From Eledone cirrhosa (taxonomy: Eukaryota), in the NCBI GenBank assembly GCA_964016885.1, contig OZ024743.1:61504001-61568000 (forward strand): a DNA stretch of 64,000 bases, written 5' to 3'. Both the position numbers and the translations under genes were made by a program. Numbering within the stretch: the first letter of the stretch is position 1; each line of letters opens with the position of its first letter. Shown piece after piece: positions 42,950 through 56,866 of this stretch. Below the pieces are notes generated by a model. It was not told the DNA's origin and searched no databases. It was given only the letters and a program-made list of their open reading frames with translations.

Positions 42950-43430
42950 GCAACGTGTGAAAATGTCATTACTTGAGTTTAGGCAATCGCTATTGCGTAA
43001 TCTCCTTAGGATATATATCCGTTCATCAAACGATAGTCCACAAGACGGATTGTCCCTTGCGTATGGCTTGGACTTAGTGATGGCTTTCCATTGAATGGAG
43101 TAGTCTATACTTGAGTCCTTTAGGGACCACAGGTGGCTCGCGAGCTTCGTGGATTGTCGTTTATCCGGTTACCTAAAGGTCGACTGATGGTTCAGGAAGC
43201 GTTCCTTAAATCGGCCCTCCGCCATACCCACTTAGGATTTGACCTCCTGCTGTGGTTGATTATTTGGTCGTTTGGAAGTGACGACAGCTTCATAAACTAC
43301 AGCGGGTGTGTTGCATTGTTGTTAAAGGGGACAGGCTTCAGGATTTCGGCAAGAGTACTCTGTGTTAACACTTCTACCTAACTCGTCCCATGGACTGAGT
43401 GCTCTAACACTACGGATATTACCTTCCAGT
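42950..43430 (-). pseudogene. PLE C-terminal fragment
   Basis: Hand translation LWSLKDSSIDYSIQWKAITKSKPY....CGL..DERIYIL, similar to the 25696 ORF tail. Confidence 0.7.
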
Positions 43431-43531
<101 letters not shown>

Positions 43532-43548
43532 ACGTATATATATATGTA

Positions 43549-43643
<95 letters not shown>

Positions 43644-43787
43644 GTATATATATATGTATATATGTATATATATATATATGTATATATACATATATATGTA
43701 TATATATATACATATATATATATATGTATACATATATATACATATATATATACATACATGTATATATATGTATACATATATATATAC

Positions 43788-43820
<33 letters not shown>

Positions 43821-43877
43821 CACATATATATATATACACATATATATATATATATACACATATATATATACATATAT

Positions 43878-44152
43878 GTCAGGTCATCAGTTGGTGCTAC
43901 TGGTAACATGTATCCCAGTACAACCTGTCTCATGGTCGGGTCGTTGGCGACTAAACTGGCAACCCCACCAAGGTTTCTTGGTGAGGAGGGTGACTTTGGA
44001 CATCCTGCAGGACTAAAAACAAAACCTGTCAAAGGGCAAAGGAACTCTTAAGAGTCAATGGCCATCCAAAATCACCGGGAGAGATGACCCCTTAGCCTTT
44101 GTCAAGGCAGAATTCTAGGAGAAGCAAAACTCTGATATAACACCCGCAACCG
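43878..44152 (+). mobile_element. Probable RTE-type 5' UTR fragment starting with an HDV-like fold
   Basis: Resembles RTE 5' UTRs (gaggagggt..aaacctgtcaaagggc..ctaggagaag.aaaactctgatata). Nested pseudoknot pairing at 43882-43959. Confidence 0.5.
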
Positions 44153-44532
44153 AGATGGTATCCAATGATGTTTTCTTGTTCTTCTGTTTGGTAAATATCA
44201 TCTTGGTTTAGAGAGTGGGACTGGCTTTGTTCAGTGCCTTTGCTCACTATACAAGCTTCACGGCACAGGCATTGCTTTATATCTAGAGATCTCTCTGCAC
44301 TTGTCGTCACATGGTACCATGGGCCCAGCACTATGTGTCAAAAATTGTCACAAGTGTAGTGTTTGTACCAGAGTTTTCAAGTCGCTGGCTGGACTAAAAA
44401 GTCACACTCGTTCAGTGCATCAGTAGGGGTTCTCCTACATGGAAATAAAGTAGTGGCCGTACTCGAAAACGAGTTGGCAGCCACCTTATATACATATATA
44501 TATATACATATATATACACATATATATATACT

Positions 44533-44667
<135 letters not shown>

Positions 44668-45046
44668 GCATATACATATATATATAGATAAATAAATACA
44701 TTATCGGAAAAAGCTTTTAGCGATACTCCGGCAAAATTCCAACTCACTCAACAAACATTAGGAAATAAGTGAGTATATTCCTAATTAAACGTTCGGGGTG
44801 CTAACTAAATGTATTGTGCGGAAAATTGGCTGTATTATTTCATATGAGGCATATCGAATATATCTCTTCCCAGACGGGCGTCTCGTTTCATTATAAGATT
44901 CCTACAATTATATCTATATATATACATATATACATATATATATATACATATACATATATATATGCATATAAATGTATATACATATATATATATAACATAC
45001 ATATATACATATATATATATCCAAATATATATATATACATATATAC

Positions 45047-45233
<187 letters not shown>

Positions 45234-45767
45234 TAACAGGTTAAAATTTAAGCAAAGAATCGCTGCTTTCACCCTTACCGGGATCTTCTGAAACTAAAAA
45301 AGTCAATCTGTGAACGCAGAAGTGAATATTTATTTCAAAAAACGTTGCAACCGAAGGAGGACAGGAAGACGATACTTTGGTTCGTGGAAGGTTCCCTTCA
45401 CAAAACATACAGGTAATATATACTTACCTATACAGATAAGTAATGGTATAAACATAACATCTACTTAGCTACCACATTAAGACGTAAAATATCCGCGTAT
45501 AGTTCGTACTATCCGTTAGGGTATAATGTGGGGCTGTAATACAGGAAAGTTTTGTGCAATTTATGTTTACAAGCCGAAATTGCCTCAAATGTTTTGTTTA
45601 AGATGTCGTCTATGGCGTAGAGTATTTCCAGTGCCTCAGCGGCGCAGAGGTCTCATGGTCTTTTATTTCCGTTCTACTATCTAGCCTTTGCTATACGGTT
45701 CTTATATATTTGATATATATTTATCTTTATCGAGCCCTCTTTGGATTTTAGTCTTCAAATTTATTAT

Positions 45768-45912
<145 letters not shown>

Positions 45913-45985
45913 CATATGTATATATGTATATATATGTATATGTATATATATGTATATGTATATGTATGTATATGTATATGTGTAT

Positions 45986-46738
45986 ATCACCTCTGATGCC
46001 ACTCCATCCTCTCCATGAGCCTTGCCCTCCTTGATCTTCTTCTTGGCTCTCTGAAGCTCCTCTCTAGAGGTGTGATTTTGATGATATCATCCTGGGGTTC
46101 TGGTAGAGAATGTTGAGAAGCCAGAGGGGATCATTAATGTAGGCGGGAAGCCGCTGGAATTGGTTGAGGACTTCCTGTATTTGGGAGCAAAGATTGGGAA
46201 TACGGAAGATGATGTGGTTGGGAGGAAGAGCAAGGCCTGGGCGGCATGTCACAGCTTGAGATCGGTGTGGAAGTCGGACCTTCGTAGAGACCTGAAAATC
46301 CGCCTATTCATTGCTGTAGTGGAGTCTGTGCTGCTGTATGGGTCTGAGACTTGGACACTGACCAAGAGACTCACTCAGATGGTGGATGGGTGCTACACGA
46401 GAATGCTGAGGATGGCTCTGAACATTAATCAGTAAACACTGAGGGTGAAAAACTCAGAGCTGTATGGGAGCATCCCAAAAGTCAGCTCAAAAGTGACACA
46501 GAGGAGACTGAGGTTGGCTGGACATGCTCACCGACATCCAGAGTTGACATTGCACTCAGTGCTCCTTTGGGAGCCCCTACATGGACACACTAGAAGAGGA
46601 AGACCAAGGTTAACATATATTGATGCCCTAAGGACAGACACTGGTCTGTTGGAGATGCAGGATATGGCAGCGATAATGGGGGACAGAGACCGCTGGAGAG
46701 AACTCGTCCATGGATCTCGGGAATTTTACCCGCCTTAG
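45986..46738 (+). mobile_element. RTE-like LINE 3' fragment with an inverted 5' piece
   Basis: FLYLG, VLLYGSETWTL, LRLAGH..RH, RRGRP. 45986-46063 on the minus strand encodes [20 protein letters not shown]. Confidence 0.85.
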
Positions 46739-46899
46739 ATGTGTATATGTATATGTATATATATGTATATGTCTATATATATGTGTATATATATGTATAT
46801 ATATATATATATGTATATATATATGTATATATATGTATATATATATATGTATATATATGTATATATATATATATATGTATATATATATGTATATATATG

Positions 46900-46934
<35 letters not shown>

Positions 46935-46968
46935 GTATATGTATATATATATGTATACATATACATAT

Positions 46969-47217
46969 AGGGACACCCACCAAGGCAATAACCGCCGTAG
47001 TAACCCCAGAACTACACGTAATCGCCACCGTAATGTCCTGTGGTTCCATCCCCCCTACTCTCGGAGTGTGGCCTCCAATTTACCCAGCGTCTTTTTCGAC
47101 GCCTTAGAGAGGAACTTTCTACCTGAGCACAGATACAGAAAAATCCTCAATAAGAATAACGTAAAAATCTCCTATTCCACTGCGCCTAATCTAGCCAACC
47201 TCATAGATTTTATTTGA
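46969..47217 (+). pseudogene. PLE RT-thumb/linker fragment
   Basis: [38 protein letters not shown]. Confidence 0.75.
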
Positions 47218-47512
47218 ATAATAAACATAAAATATGTGAATTTGATTAAAAAACTAGTGGTGATTTTGGCCTGGTTAGTATCAAACGTTTTAAATAATTT
47301 CTAATAATCGGGTTGGTTGAAATATTTTATTTATTCGCGTTAAAATGCCTGGCTACTTTTGGTGAAGTAGATTTTGATTAGAAGTAAGTGAACGGCATTG
47401 TGGAGATAGTGAGTGCAAATAACTTTCACACAAATTGCAATTTCGAAAAATTGGAACGTCTTTTATCTTATCAAACGAACAGTTTGGTAACGAGTGCCTT
47501 ACATAAATATAT

Positions 47513-47547
<35 letters not shown>

Positions 47548-47628
47548 ACGAAGGAAATGTGGTAAGGAACCAGGTGGACCATAACGCACCAAAGTACTCA
47601 ATACTTGAGGTAGTAGAGTGGGTAATAG

Positions 47629-48037
47629 GAACCAGTAAGACCCCGACAGCTGAGCTCAAGCCGTTTCGACGGCTAATTCTGGACTAAATGAAAATTTATC
47701 CTGGTATTTAAATAGCCGATCTTCTCAAGGGGTAATTCCATATATGGTAAAGTTTTTTCGGTGGGATTGGGATGTTCTTGGTAGAGAAGTCAATGTTGTG
47801 TTTTCGCATGGTGCGGGTGAAATGAATTGAGCTTAGCGGAAAAGTCTGGATGCGGCGTGCGAAAACACAACATTGACTTCTCTACCAAGAACATCCCAAT
47901 CCCACCGAAAAAACTTTACCATATATGGAATTACCCCTTGAGAAGATCGGCTATTTAAATACCAGGATAAATTTTCATTTAGTCCAGAATTAGCCGTCGA
48001 AACGGCTTGAGCTCAGCTGTCGGGGTCTTACTGGTTC
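47629..48037. repeat. 180-bp-arm fold-back with HHR-like motifs (13060 family)
   Basis: Arms 47629-47808 / 47858-48037. 47933-48026: acccc-TTGAGAA-gatcggcta..tagccgtc-GAAA-cggc..gctg-TC-ggggt. Confidence 0.9.
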
Positions 48038-48603
48038 ATATATATATATATATATATATATATAAACGTTTGCGTGTGCGTTTGTAATATACTAACACTG
48101 TAATTTTGTTCGTGTATCTTTGTATAGTGACTGCATTTATAAATAGCAGAGTGCAATGATGAAGTACTCTGGCAGGGGAACATAGGATTTATATGCCGTT
48201 GATCAACCTTTGCCAAAGATAAGACCGACAAATATATCCCATGCTTCTTCATCTGCTTCATGTATACTTATTCATCTGCACACATCTGTGTGTATCTACA
48301 CATGTGTATACGTGTGTAAATTTAACTGTGAACCATTTATCTTCAGTCAGATTTGGATGGCTTCGGCCAAGAGAGGTCCGTCGCTTTCATACTAGTAATA
48401 GTATAAGTTCGGTTATTATGCATGGGGATGTGTTATTCTGTATAGTTCTGAGGACTATACGGATACATTACACACACAAACACATACACACACACATATT
48501 TAAATATGTATATATATATATATATATATCTTTCGACTCTCTCCTTCTCTCTCTTCCATTTTCTCACTCACTCTCTCTTTCTCTCACTCATTCACTCTCT
48601 CTC

Positions 48604-48645
<42 letters not shown>

Positions 48646-51600
48646 AAACATTGTGTACAACAACAATCTAATAAAAACACAAGGGCCTAACTTCACCCAG
48701 GCAGGGGATTTCCCCCACCTCAAAATGATTAAGGCCCCACAGGACACCTATAAAACTTTAAAAAACAATTTTAAAGAGGACGTGGGTCCCCCCTGCGTCG
48801 GGCCCATTAACCGCGTCCTCCTGAAAAAAACTATCCCACCCCTTCCCCAAACACCCACACAACTCCAAGCTCCCCAACCACACAACACACTGATGCCCCT
48901 ACACTTCCACAAACCACCACCCCACCCAACAACCCATCCCCCACCCTAATGGAAATTGTGCAGCCCGATACCCGGGACGCAGAGAGGTAAGTGCCTTTTC
49001 TCTTCACCACCAACATGGCTATGCTAAGAGTAGGCTGTTTAAATGCGCGTGGCCTGGGCTCAACTTGGAAGCAAGCAATGCTTCTAAATGACCTCAGGTC
49101 ACAACGTATAGATGTGATGGTTATTTGCGAGGCCCGGATCAGCAACGTGCGACAACTGGCCCCCACCTTTGATGACTTTGAGATGCACGCATCTCTCTGT
49201 CAGCCCGGAGGTGGGGGTGGAGTTGTCATTCTGCTGCAAAAACATCTGGGTCTCGCAACACAGATGGTACATTTGGACCCGGAGGGTCGACTAGTGGTTC
49301 TGGACCTTGTGTGGTAAAGGCGGAGCGTTTAGGTTGGTAGCCGCCTACGGCCCTTTCGGGTCAATGCGGCCGGACTTCTTCCATCGTCTGGAGATTTTTC
49401 TAGGGACGTTCCGCTCCTTGCTATTAGTGGAGGACTGGAATGGTATCCTAGATGCACGCTGGGACTACGTAGGGGCCTGTCCCGATAGAGAGGGGTGTAA
49501 TAGCCTCAAAGGGTTAATCGGTCGATTTAACCTGGCCGATAGATATCGACTAGATTTTCCGACTGCGCCAACCTGGACTTGGGCAAATCGTAGCGGAACA
49601 TCTAGGTCGTACCTAGATAGGTTCTTAGTTAGAATTAAGGATAAGGACTTTTTAAGTTGTCCAAAAATGCGCATGGTTGGCTATTCAGACCACAAATTAG
49701 TGACCTGCATGGTCAACCTTGACAGAACTCATAGACAGGGACCCGGTTACTGGAAGCTCAACTTGTCCTTACCGGCAAGTAAGGCTTACAGGAACCGGAT
49801 TAGCACTTTAGTTAAGGAGCGGTTGACGGGCGCCATCGTCAACAGCAGGTGGTGGGGATCTCTCAAAAGAGAGATTAGAGTAGTCTCTATAGAATTTAGT
49901 AAGGAGTTAGCCTCCAATAGAAATAGGAAGGAAAGGGAGTTGGTAGATAGTGTAGAAGAGGCAATTAGAAGCGGCGACGTGGCCAGAGTGCTAGCGCCGA
50001 GAACGGCCCTGGGCCAGTTCTTCGACGCGAAACACGAAGGCTGCATCGTCCGAAGCAAAATACGTGCTCTGGGAAACGCGGGGACCAAAGCTGTTAGCTG
50101 GGCCCGCGTGACAGAAGCCAAAAGAGGGAGCAGATCCACTATCCGGTCTTTGCGAGACCAGGATGGACGTGTAATCCTTGAACCTAAGCAGATGTGCGAG
50201 GCTTTTCAAAAGCACTTTGCCGAATTGTTCGGAAGGGGCGGGGGGCGGTTGGGGACGTGGACTTCGGTCCATACCTCGACGGCCTGCCGCGTCTCTCGGA
50301 CAGGGAGGCGAAGTCCTGCGAGGAGCCGATTTCAGCCGCTGAGATAGAGGACGTGCTGAGCCAATGCGGCAAACGCAAATCCCCGGGTCTCGATGGTCTT
50401 CCATACGAACTATATCTAGCTATGCCGGACTTGTTCCCCGAACTCCTCGGGGCGGTCTACTGCAACTGGCGACAGAACGGGAGAATTCCCTGTGCTGTGA
50501 CCAAGGGCGTAGTCACGCTAGTGAGGAAGGACGAGAACAAAGGGGACGATATAAATAATTTCAGGCCCATAACTCTGCTAAATACAGAGTTACAGATTTT
50601 GGCCAAGGTGCTAGCAAAGAGGTTGGCGCTTGTCGTGGGCAACCTGGTGGGAGATGCGCAGACATGTGCTATCCCGTCCAGGTCCATCCACGATAACCTC
50701 CACCTCATGCGATACATCATAGAGAGGGTTGGGAACGAACCCGGCTTTGGTGGGGCCCTGATCAACTTGGATCAATCTAAGGCATTCGATAGGGTCGACC
50801 ATGGTTACCTGGATGCGGTGCTAGCGGCGGCAGGCTTCGGACCCGTTTTCAAGGGCTGGATCAATGCCATGCAGAGCAGCCGCATCTGCTCTAGGGTCAA
50901 GGTGAACGGCTACCTCTCGGAGCCGTTCGAAATCGCGTGGTCCATCCGACAGGGGTGCCCTCTCTCCTCCCTTCTGTATGTAGTGACTCTAGAGCCACTG
51001 CTGCGGAAGTTGGAGTTGTTGCAGGGCATCCCGTTGGAACCGGGATTGCGGAAAGCGGTGTCAGCCTACGCCGATGACGTAACAGTAATGGTGTCGACGG
51101 CCTCGGAAATCGGGGCGATCGGCACCTTACTGGAGGAGTACGAAAGGTTTACAGGGGCTAAGCTGAACCGGGACAAGTCGATCGGTCTGCAACTCGGCAC
51201 GTGGAGGGGCAGATCGATGCCCTCCGATGGCGTCGTCGGGCGGTGGACGGAGGGCCCGGTGAAATTGCTCGGGGTCTGGTTCGGACCAGACCTCCAGGTG
51301 GAGAAGAACTGGGGTGAGGTGACGAGCAGGGTGTTTGCACTGACCCAGAAGTGGGCCGAGTGCAAACTGTCCCTGAAAGGTCGGGCGGAGGTGGCGAACA
51401 CTTATATAGCGTCTGTCATCTACTACCGCCTGACCGTGGTGCCTTGCCCAAGGGAAACGCTCGCCAAAATGGAGCGCGCACTCTTCCAATTCCTTTGGAA
51501 GAAGCGGGCTCCTATGGTGAGGAGATCCATCTGCTGTCAACACCCTTCGAAAGGAGGGCTGGGGATGCCGTGGCTGATGATACGTAAACACGCATTAAGG

Positions 51601-52711
51601 CTACGGCACCTTCAGGTATTCCTCTCCGGTCAACCGGTGTGAGCCCCGTTTGTGAGGCGAGCCTTTCCCAGACTCGTCTCACTCACCGAGCTGCAATCCT
51701 GGGTCAAGCAAAGACCGAGAAAACTGGGCGCCTGGCACACCGAGTGTGCCCAGGCGCTCACGGCTCTCTGGCAGGCGGACCCGGCTGTCAGTGGAGAATC
51801 CACCTCGTCATTCTATAGAGGGCTGGCGGTTAGCAGGTGCGACGACGCCCTCGGAGAAGCCCTAGGCATGGAGGAAGACGAACTGGCCAACCTGTTCGGT
51901 AGGACATTCAGCCCGGGACCCATGGATAACTTCCAGAAGTCCCTGGCCTGGCAATGCTACAGAAGGGCTCTGCCCGTTCGAGAAAGGCTCTACAGACACG
52001 GGCGCCCGGGTAGGGACCCATCGAAAAAGGTCTGTCCCAGATGCGTGTGCGACGAGGAAACCGTTGCACACGCATTGGTACACTGCTCGGGCATTGCCGA
52101 TCTGTGGGGCTATGCCAAACAACTGCTGTCAAGGGTGGGACCGATCCGGTTGACCACCGAGCCTATTGTAACGATCAAGCCGCCTCCCCTCTTCAAAAAC
52201 GAAGGAGAGGCGGTGTTTCTGTGCGTAATAGCCATGGCGAAAGAGGTTGTATGGTGGACGCGTCTGAAAGGACTGAGGTCAGACACCTTTCTCTCTGGCC
52301 AACAACTGGTCCGTTTCTTCCGATATCATTTCGGAAGAAGGATCAGGATGGAGAGAGAGGTGCTGCACCCCAGCCGTTTCTATGAAAGATGGGTGAAAGT
52401 GGCGAGAATGGCCCGTGTGAATGGGCCTTCACTCTACATCAGACTATAGGTGAGGAAGATGAAAGACCAAGGGAGCACCCCTTCTCTGTGCTCCTGAGGA
52501 GAAGGGTTGCACACTTTTTTCGGGGGTGTGTGCGACCCCCCAAGGCGCCTTCTCTCTATTGAGGACTTTGTTATAAATTTTATTTTTTGTTATATTTTAT
52601 TTTATTTTTATATATTGTTATTGCCTCCTCCTTATTGAGGACGCCTTGTTTTGTAAACTCCCCCCATTGTACTTGTCCCACTTTTGATGCCCTGGTGGCA
52701 AATAAAAGAAA
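48646..52711 (+). mobile_element. Tx1/L1-clade LINE ORF2 (APE-RT-zinc knuckle), 5'-truncated, few disablements
   Basis: CLNARGL, SYLDRF, SDHK, GPGYWKLN, KSPGLDG, FRPITLLN, LDQSKAFDRV, IRQGCPLS, AYADD, CPRC..ETVAHALVHC. AATAAA at 52701. (TCTA)n on both sides. Confidence 0.93.
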
Positions 52712-52833
52712 CATATCTATCTATCTATCTATCTATATATCTCCACCCCTCTCTCTCTCTATCTATCAGCTCATTTTCGATTGCTTACAACATGTTTCAC
52801 ACATGTCGTAAAACTCCCTCTCACTTCCAGTTG

Positions 52834-52875
<42 letters not shown>

Positions 52876-53350
52876 CCTCACTTTGTTGAGATCGGACGCA
52901 ACTACCTCGCTCCAAGCTATTGCACCACTAGAATTAAGTCTAATCGGTTTGGTGTAACTTATTCTATTTTTTTCTCGGTTACTCACTTTAATGTTCCATT
53001 GGTCTATGTCCCTCCTTCATTCGCTCTGTTTACTACGATTTTTTCTCTTTCTTCCTCTCTCCTCACTAATTTTCCTTTTTTTTTCTTTTCTTTCCCTCAT
53101 GGATTTTGATCGATAAAAGGCATGGGGCGCGCTGCAGACCGCTTTTCATGTCCTGGTTTAAGCGCCGAAACATATATGATCTGCTGTTAACAGCTGACGA
53201 AGGGGCCCTTCTCTTGTTTCGTCCATGTTTACAGAACCTACACAGCACGCTTCGTTTGTTCTAATTATATAAATATATATATATATATATATATTTCGTT
53301 TCTGTATTTGTGTAGCAAGATTCTTTATCTGAAAACGTGTGTTGAAACCG

Positions 53351-54987
53351 ATATTGTTATACTTTGGGTGGGTCATGTTGCCAATAAGAAACATACGCAC
53401 CAGTTGCTTTCACTTCAATTTATTATAATACATTTATAAATTTAGGAATTTATAAATTTCTGGTTGGTTGGTTGGTTCCACAACCAGATGATTGTTTATA
53501 TATTGTCAAAGTCCTTTCGTCACACATTCTGTGACCTCTTCAGTGACTGGGGATTCTTTTCTTTGTTTTTGTGCCTCTCCTTTGTTCTGTCCTACGCCAT
53601 CTTGTTTTTGTGTGTTGTGTGCTTAGTTTGCGCATGTGTTACATCCGGGTGTCTGTGTGTGTTTATATTCGTTTATTTATTTGTTTATTTACATGTTACT
53701 CGTTGGTTGTTTGTTCTATGGGCGTGTGTGTTTTCATTTTGTCCTTAATTGTAAGTTGTGATGTTGCTGTTCCATTCATGTTTTCTATTTAATTTTGTTT
53801 GGAGTTCATTTATGTTTATTGCCTCTCTGATTTGTCTAAACAGTTCGTCTTTTCTGCGTGTAGATTCTATTTTTATTTCTATGCTCTCTAACTTACCCTT
53901 ATGTTCTATTTCGGCATGTTGGAAGAGTACAGATGATTCTTTACTATCTTGACGGTCTCGCGAGTGTTCATTTATCCGTTCCCCTATACTACGAGCTGTC
54001 GCACCTATGTACACTATATTTTTATCTCTACATTGTCCTTCAGTGCATCTTATGCTATATACTACATTTCTAGTTTTACAGTTAATATGGGGGCTTAATT
54101 TACAGATTATACATTTCTTATCTATAGAGGGAGGTTTTTGAAAAGGGTATGTATTGCTAATAAGTGTTTTTATGGAGGTATCTGGTCTTTCTACTATCTT
54201 AATATTGAGTTTATGTTTATCTCGGGCCCTTCTAAATTAACTGTATATTAACTGTATATTAACTGTAAAACTAGAAATGTAGTATATAGCATAAGATGTA
54301 CTGAAGGACAATGCAGAGATAAAAATATAGTGTACATAGGTGCGACAGCTCGTAGTATAGGGGAACGGATAAATGAACACTGGCGAGACCTTCAAGATAG
54401 TAAAGGATCATCTGTACTCTACCAACATGCCAAAATAGAACATAAGGGTAAATTAGAGAACATAGAAATAAAAATAGTCTACACACAGAAAAGACGCAAT
54501 GTTTAGACAAATCACAGAGGCAGTAAGCATAAAAGAATTAAAACCAAAATTAAATAGAAAACATGAATGGAACAGCAACATCACAACTTACAATTAAGGA
54601 CAAAATGAAAACACACACGCACATAGAACAAATAACCAACCAGTAACATGTAAATAAACAAATAAATAAACGAATATAAACACACACAGAGACCCGGATG
54701 TAACACATGCGCAAACTAAGCACACAACACACACAAAAAAAACAAGATGGCGTAGGACAGAACAAAGGAGAGGCACAAAAACAAAGAAAAGAATCCCCAG
54801 TCACTGAAGAGGTCACAGAATGTGTGACGAAAGAACTTTGACAATATATAAACAATCATCTGGTTGTGGAACCAACCAACCAACCGGAAATTTATAAATT
54901 CTTAAATTTATAAATTTACTATGATAAATTGAAGTGAAAGCAACTGGTGCGTGTGTTTCTTATTGGCAACATGACCCTCCCAAATAT

Positions 54988-54995
<8 letters not shown>
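53351..54995. mobile_element. Inverted duplication of a PLE 3' end (GIY-YIG + 3' UTR + HHR in each arm)
   Basis: Arms about 53351-54087 / 54257-54995. VVYSIRC...YIGATARSIGERINEH. HHRs at 53505-53547 (-) and 54800-54842 (+). Confidence 0.92.
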
Positions 54996-55009
<14 letters not shown>

Positions 55010-55023
<14 letters not shown>

Positions 55024-55260
55024 GAGAATGTCTCTGTCTGTCTGTATGACTCCTTAAAACTCGAGAACCACCCAACCGATTGTTTTCAAACTTTACACAT
55101 GTATTACTTATGGTCGTGTGAGTGTTTTGAGCAAAGATATTTCAAATATTCAATGCCATAGGGACCGCATTAGGCGATTTAGCGATCGTTCTCTATAATT
55201 CTTAGTCTTTCTTTTTAGATAGATACATAGATATAACTTTGCGCCCTTATAATATCTGTC
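55010..55260 (+). mobile_element. Possible non-autonomous Helitron-like 5' end
   Basis: tatataaaacagagaatgtctctgtctgtctgt..aaaactcgagaaccacccaaccgatt..aaactttacac resembles non-autonomous Helitron starts. Confidence 0.4.
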
Positions 55261-55280
55261 TGCATTACGACATTATGACG

Positions 55281-55318
<38 letters not shown>

Positions 55319-55320
55319 CT

Positions 55321-55382
<62 letters not shown>

Positions 55383-55532
55383 ATATGTATATATAGTGTG
55401 TGTATATATATATATAGTGTGTAATGTTTTTCGAAATATTTACTTTTGCGTTCACAGATTGATTTTTTTTAGTTTCAGAAGATCCCGTTAAGTGTGAAAG
55501 CAGCGATTCTTTGATTAAACTTTAATCTGTTA

Positions 55533-55600
<68 letters not shown>

Positions 55601-55605
<5 letters not shown>

Positions 55606-55862
55606 AAAAGATAACAAGAACGATTGGTTACTCCTTCATTACATTTATTGTAAGGTGACGCGCGTTTCGCCACTGATCAGCTCAATGTTCGATCTGTATC
55701 GATCTTACCCAACTCTATTTAAAGGGTCCATCGAGCTGCGAATTATAGAGTCGGGTAAGATCGATACAGACCGAACCTTGAGCTGATCGGTACCGAAACG
55801 CGCGTTACCTACCAATAAATGTAATGAAGGAGTAACCAATCGTCCTTGTTATCTTTTCAATA
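55601..55862. repeat. 118-bp-arm fold-back with a degenerate HHR-like motif
   Basis: Arms 55601-55718 / 55745-55862. ggt-aagatcga...GAAA-cgcgcg-TT-acc. Confidence 0.85.
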
Positions 55863-56684
55863 TAATACACTCTGTATAGCTCTACACCTCGACACAGAAG
55901 TGAACCTAAACATCGAGTGCTCACCCGGGTGAACCTACTATAACTTTAAGTTACACTCCCTAGATATAGATATGTATATTAATCTGAGGATGTGTATGTT
56001 AAGGTTTGTAACGGATTCACGTCCACAATTTCCAACGGATTCTATTCGAAGTCGGGACAATTATTCCTTTTGGTCAGGAAAAGGTCATGAAGTAAACAAA
56101 TTTTACATCAACAATACATCAACAATAAGGGCAAAAATCGATCATGATCATTCCCTCTCTCTATAATTTAACTGCTTTACTCTCTCAGTAGCTCTTCTCT
56201 CCCTATATGACAACACTGCAGTGGAGGGTTCCGTATTGAGCGTTCCGTATTGACATGCGGCTTATCTGGGGCATTTTCAATCGGCTTATTGCAAATAACA
56301 ACCCGCAAAATAACACTTCATATAACAGATTGATGCTATAGACATATGAATCGGAATGTTTAAATTATTTATTTTTTAAGACTTTAATTGGTTAAATATT
56401 AATATGACAACACCTATAGTGTTGTACTTCTGGCAATTCTGCCGAATACACTGATTAGGTGAGTGTGAGGTTAATGTTTTTTTTCTTTTCATATAAAGTC
56501 AAATATTTCTATCCAAATACTACCAGTTGGTAGATAATTAGTCATACCTACCCCCAATTTTGTTTGAATATTGCATCTTCATTTACTTTTTTTCGTTGCC
56601 ATTTAATCTTCCATTCAATTGTGTTCACCATTTAGTTTCGAATTTCATAAGGTTTTTGTTTAACATTCTCAGTTATAATTGTTT

Positions 56685-56850
56685 CTATTTTAGGCACAAG
56701 ACCAGCAATTACCCAGTACATTACTGGTACTTTGTTTTATCGACCCCGTAAGGATGAAAGGCAAAGTTAACCTCGGCAGGATTTGAACTCAGATCGTAAA
56801 GGGACGTAACTGTGCTGGAAAGCATGTCCGACCCTCTACCGATACTGCCA
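56685..56850 (-). mobile_element. SINE family A copy just upstream of the Helitron ORF
   Basis: aggcacaag..actggtactttgttttatcgaccccgtaaggatgaaaggcaaagttaacctcggcaggatttgaactcag. Confidence 0.8.
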
Positions 56851-56866
56851 ATTCACTTCAGTTATA

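Noticed and set aside
53105-53210. GAAAcatatatg followed by cagCTGACGA as a hammerhead
   Set aside because: I could not close consistent stems in any HHR topology. At best a decayed motif.
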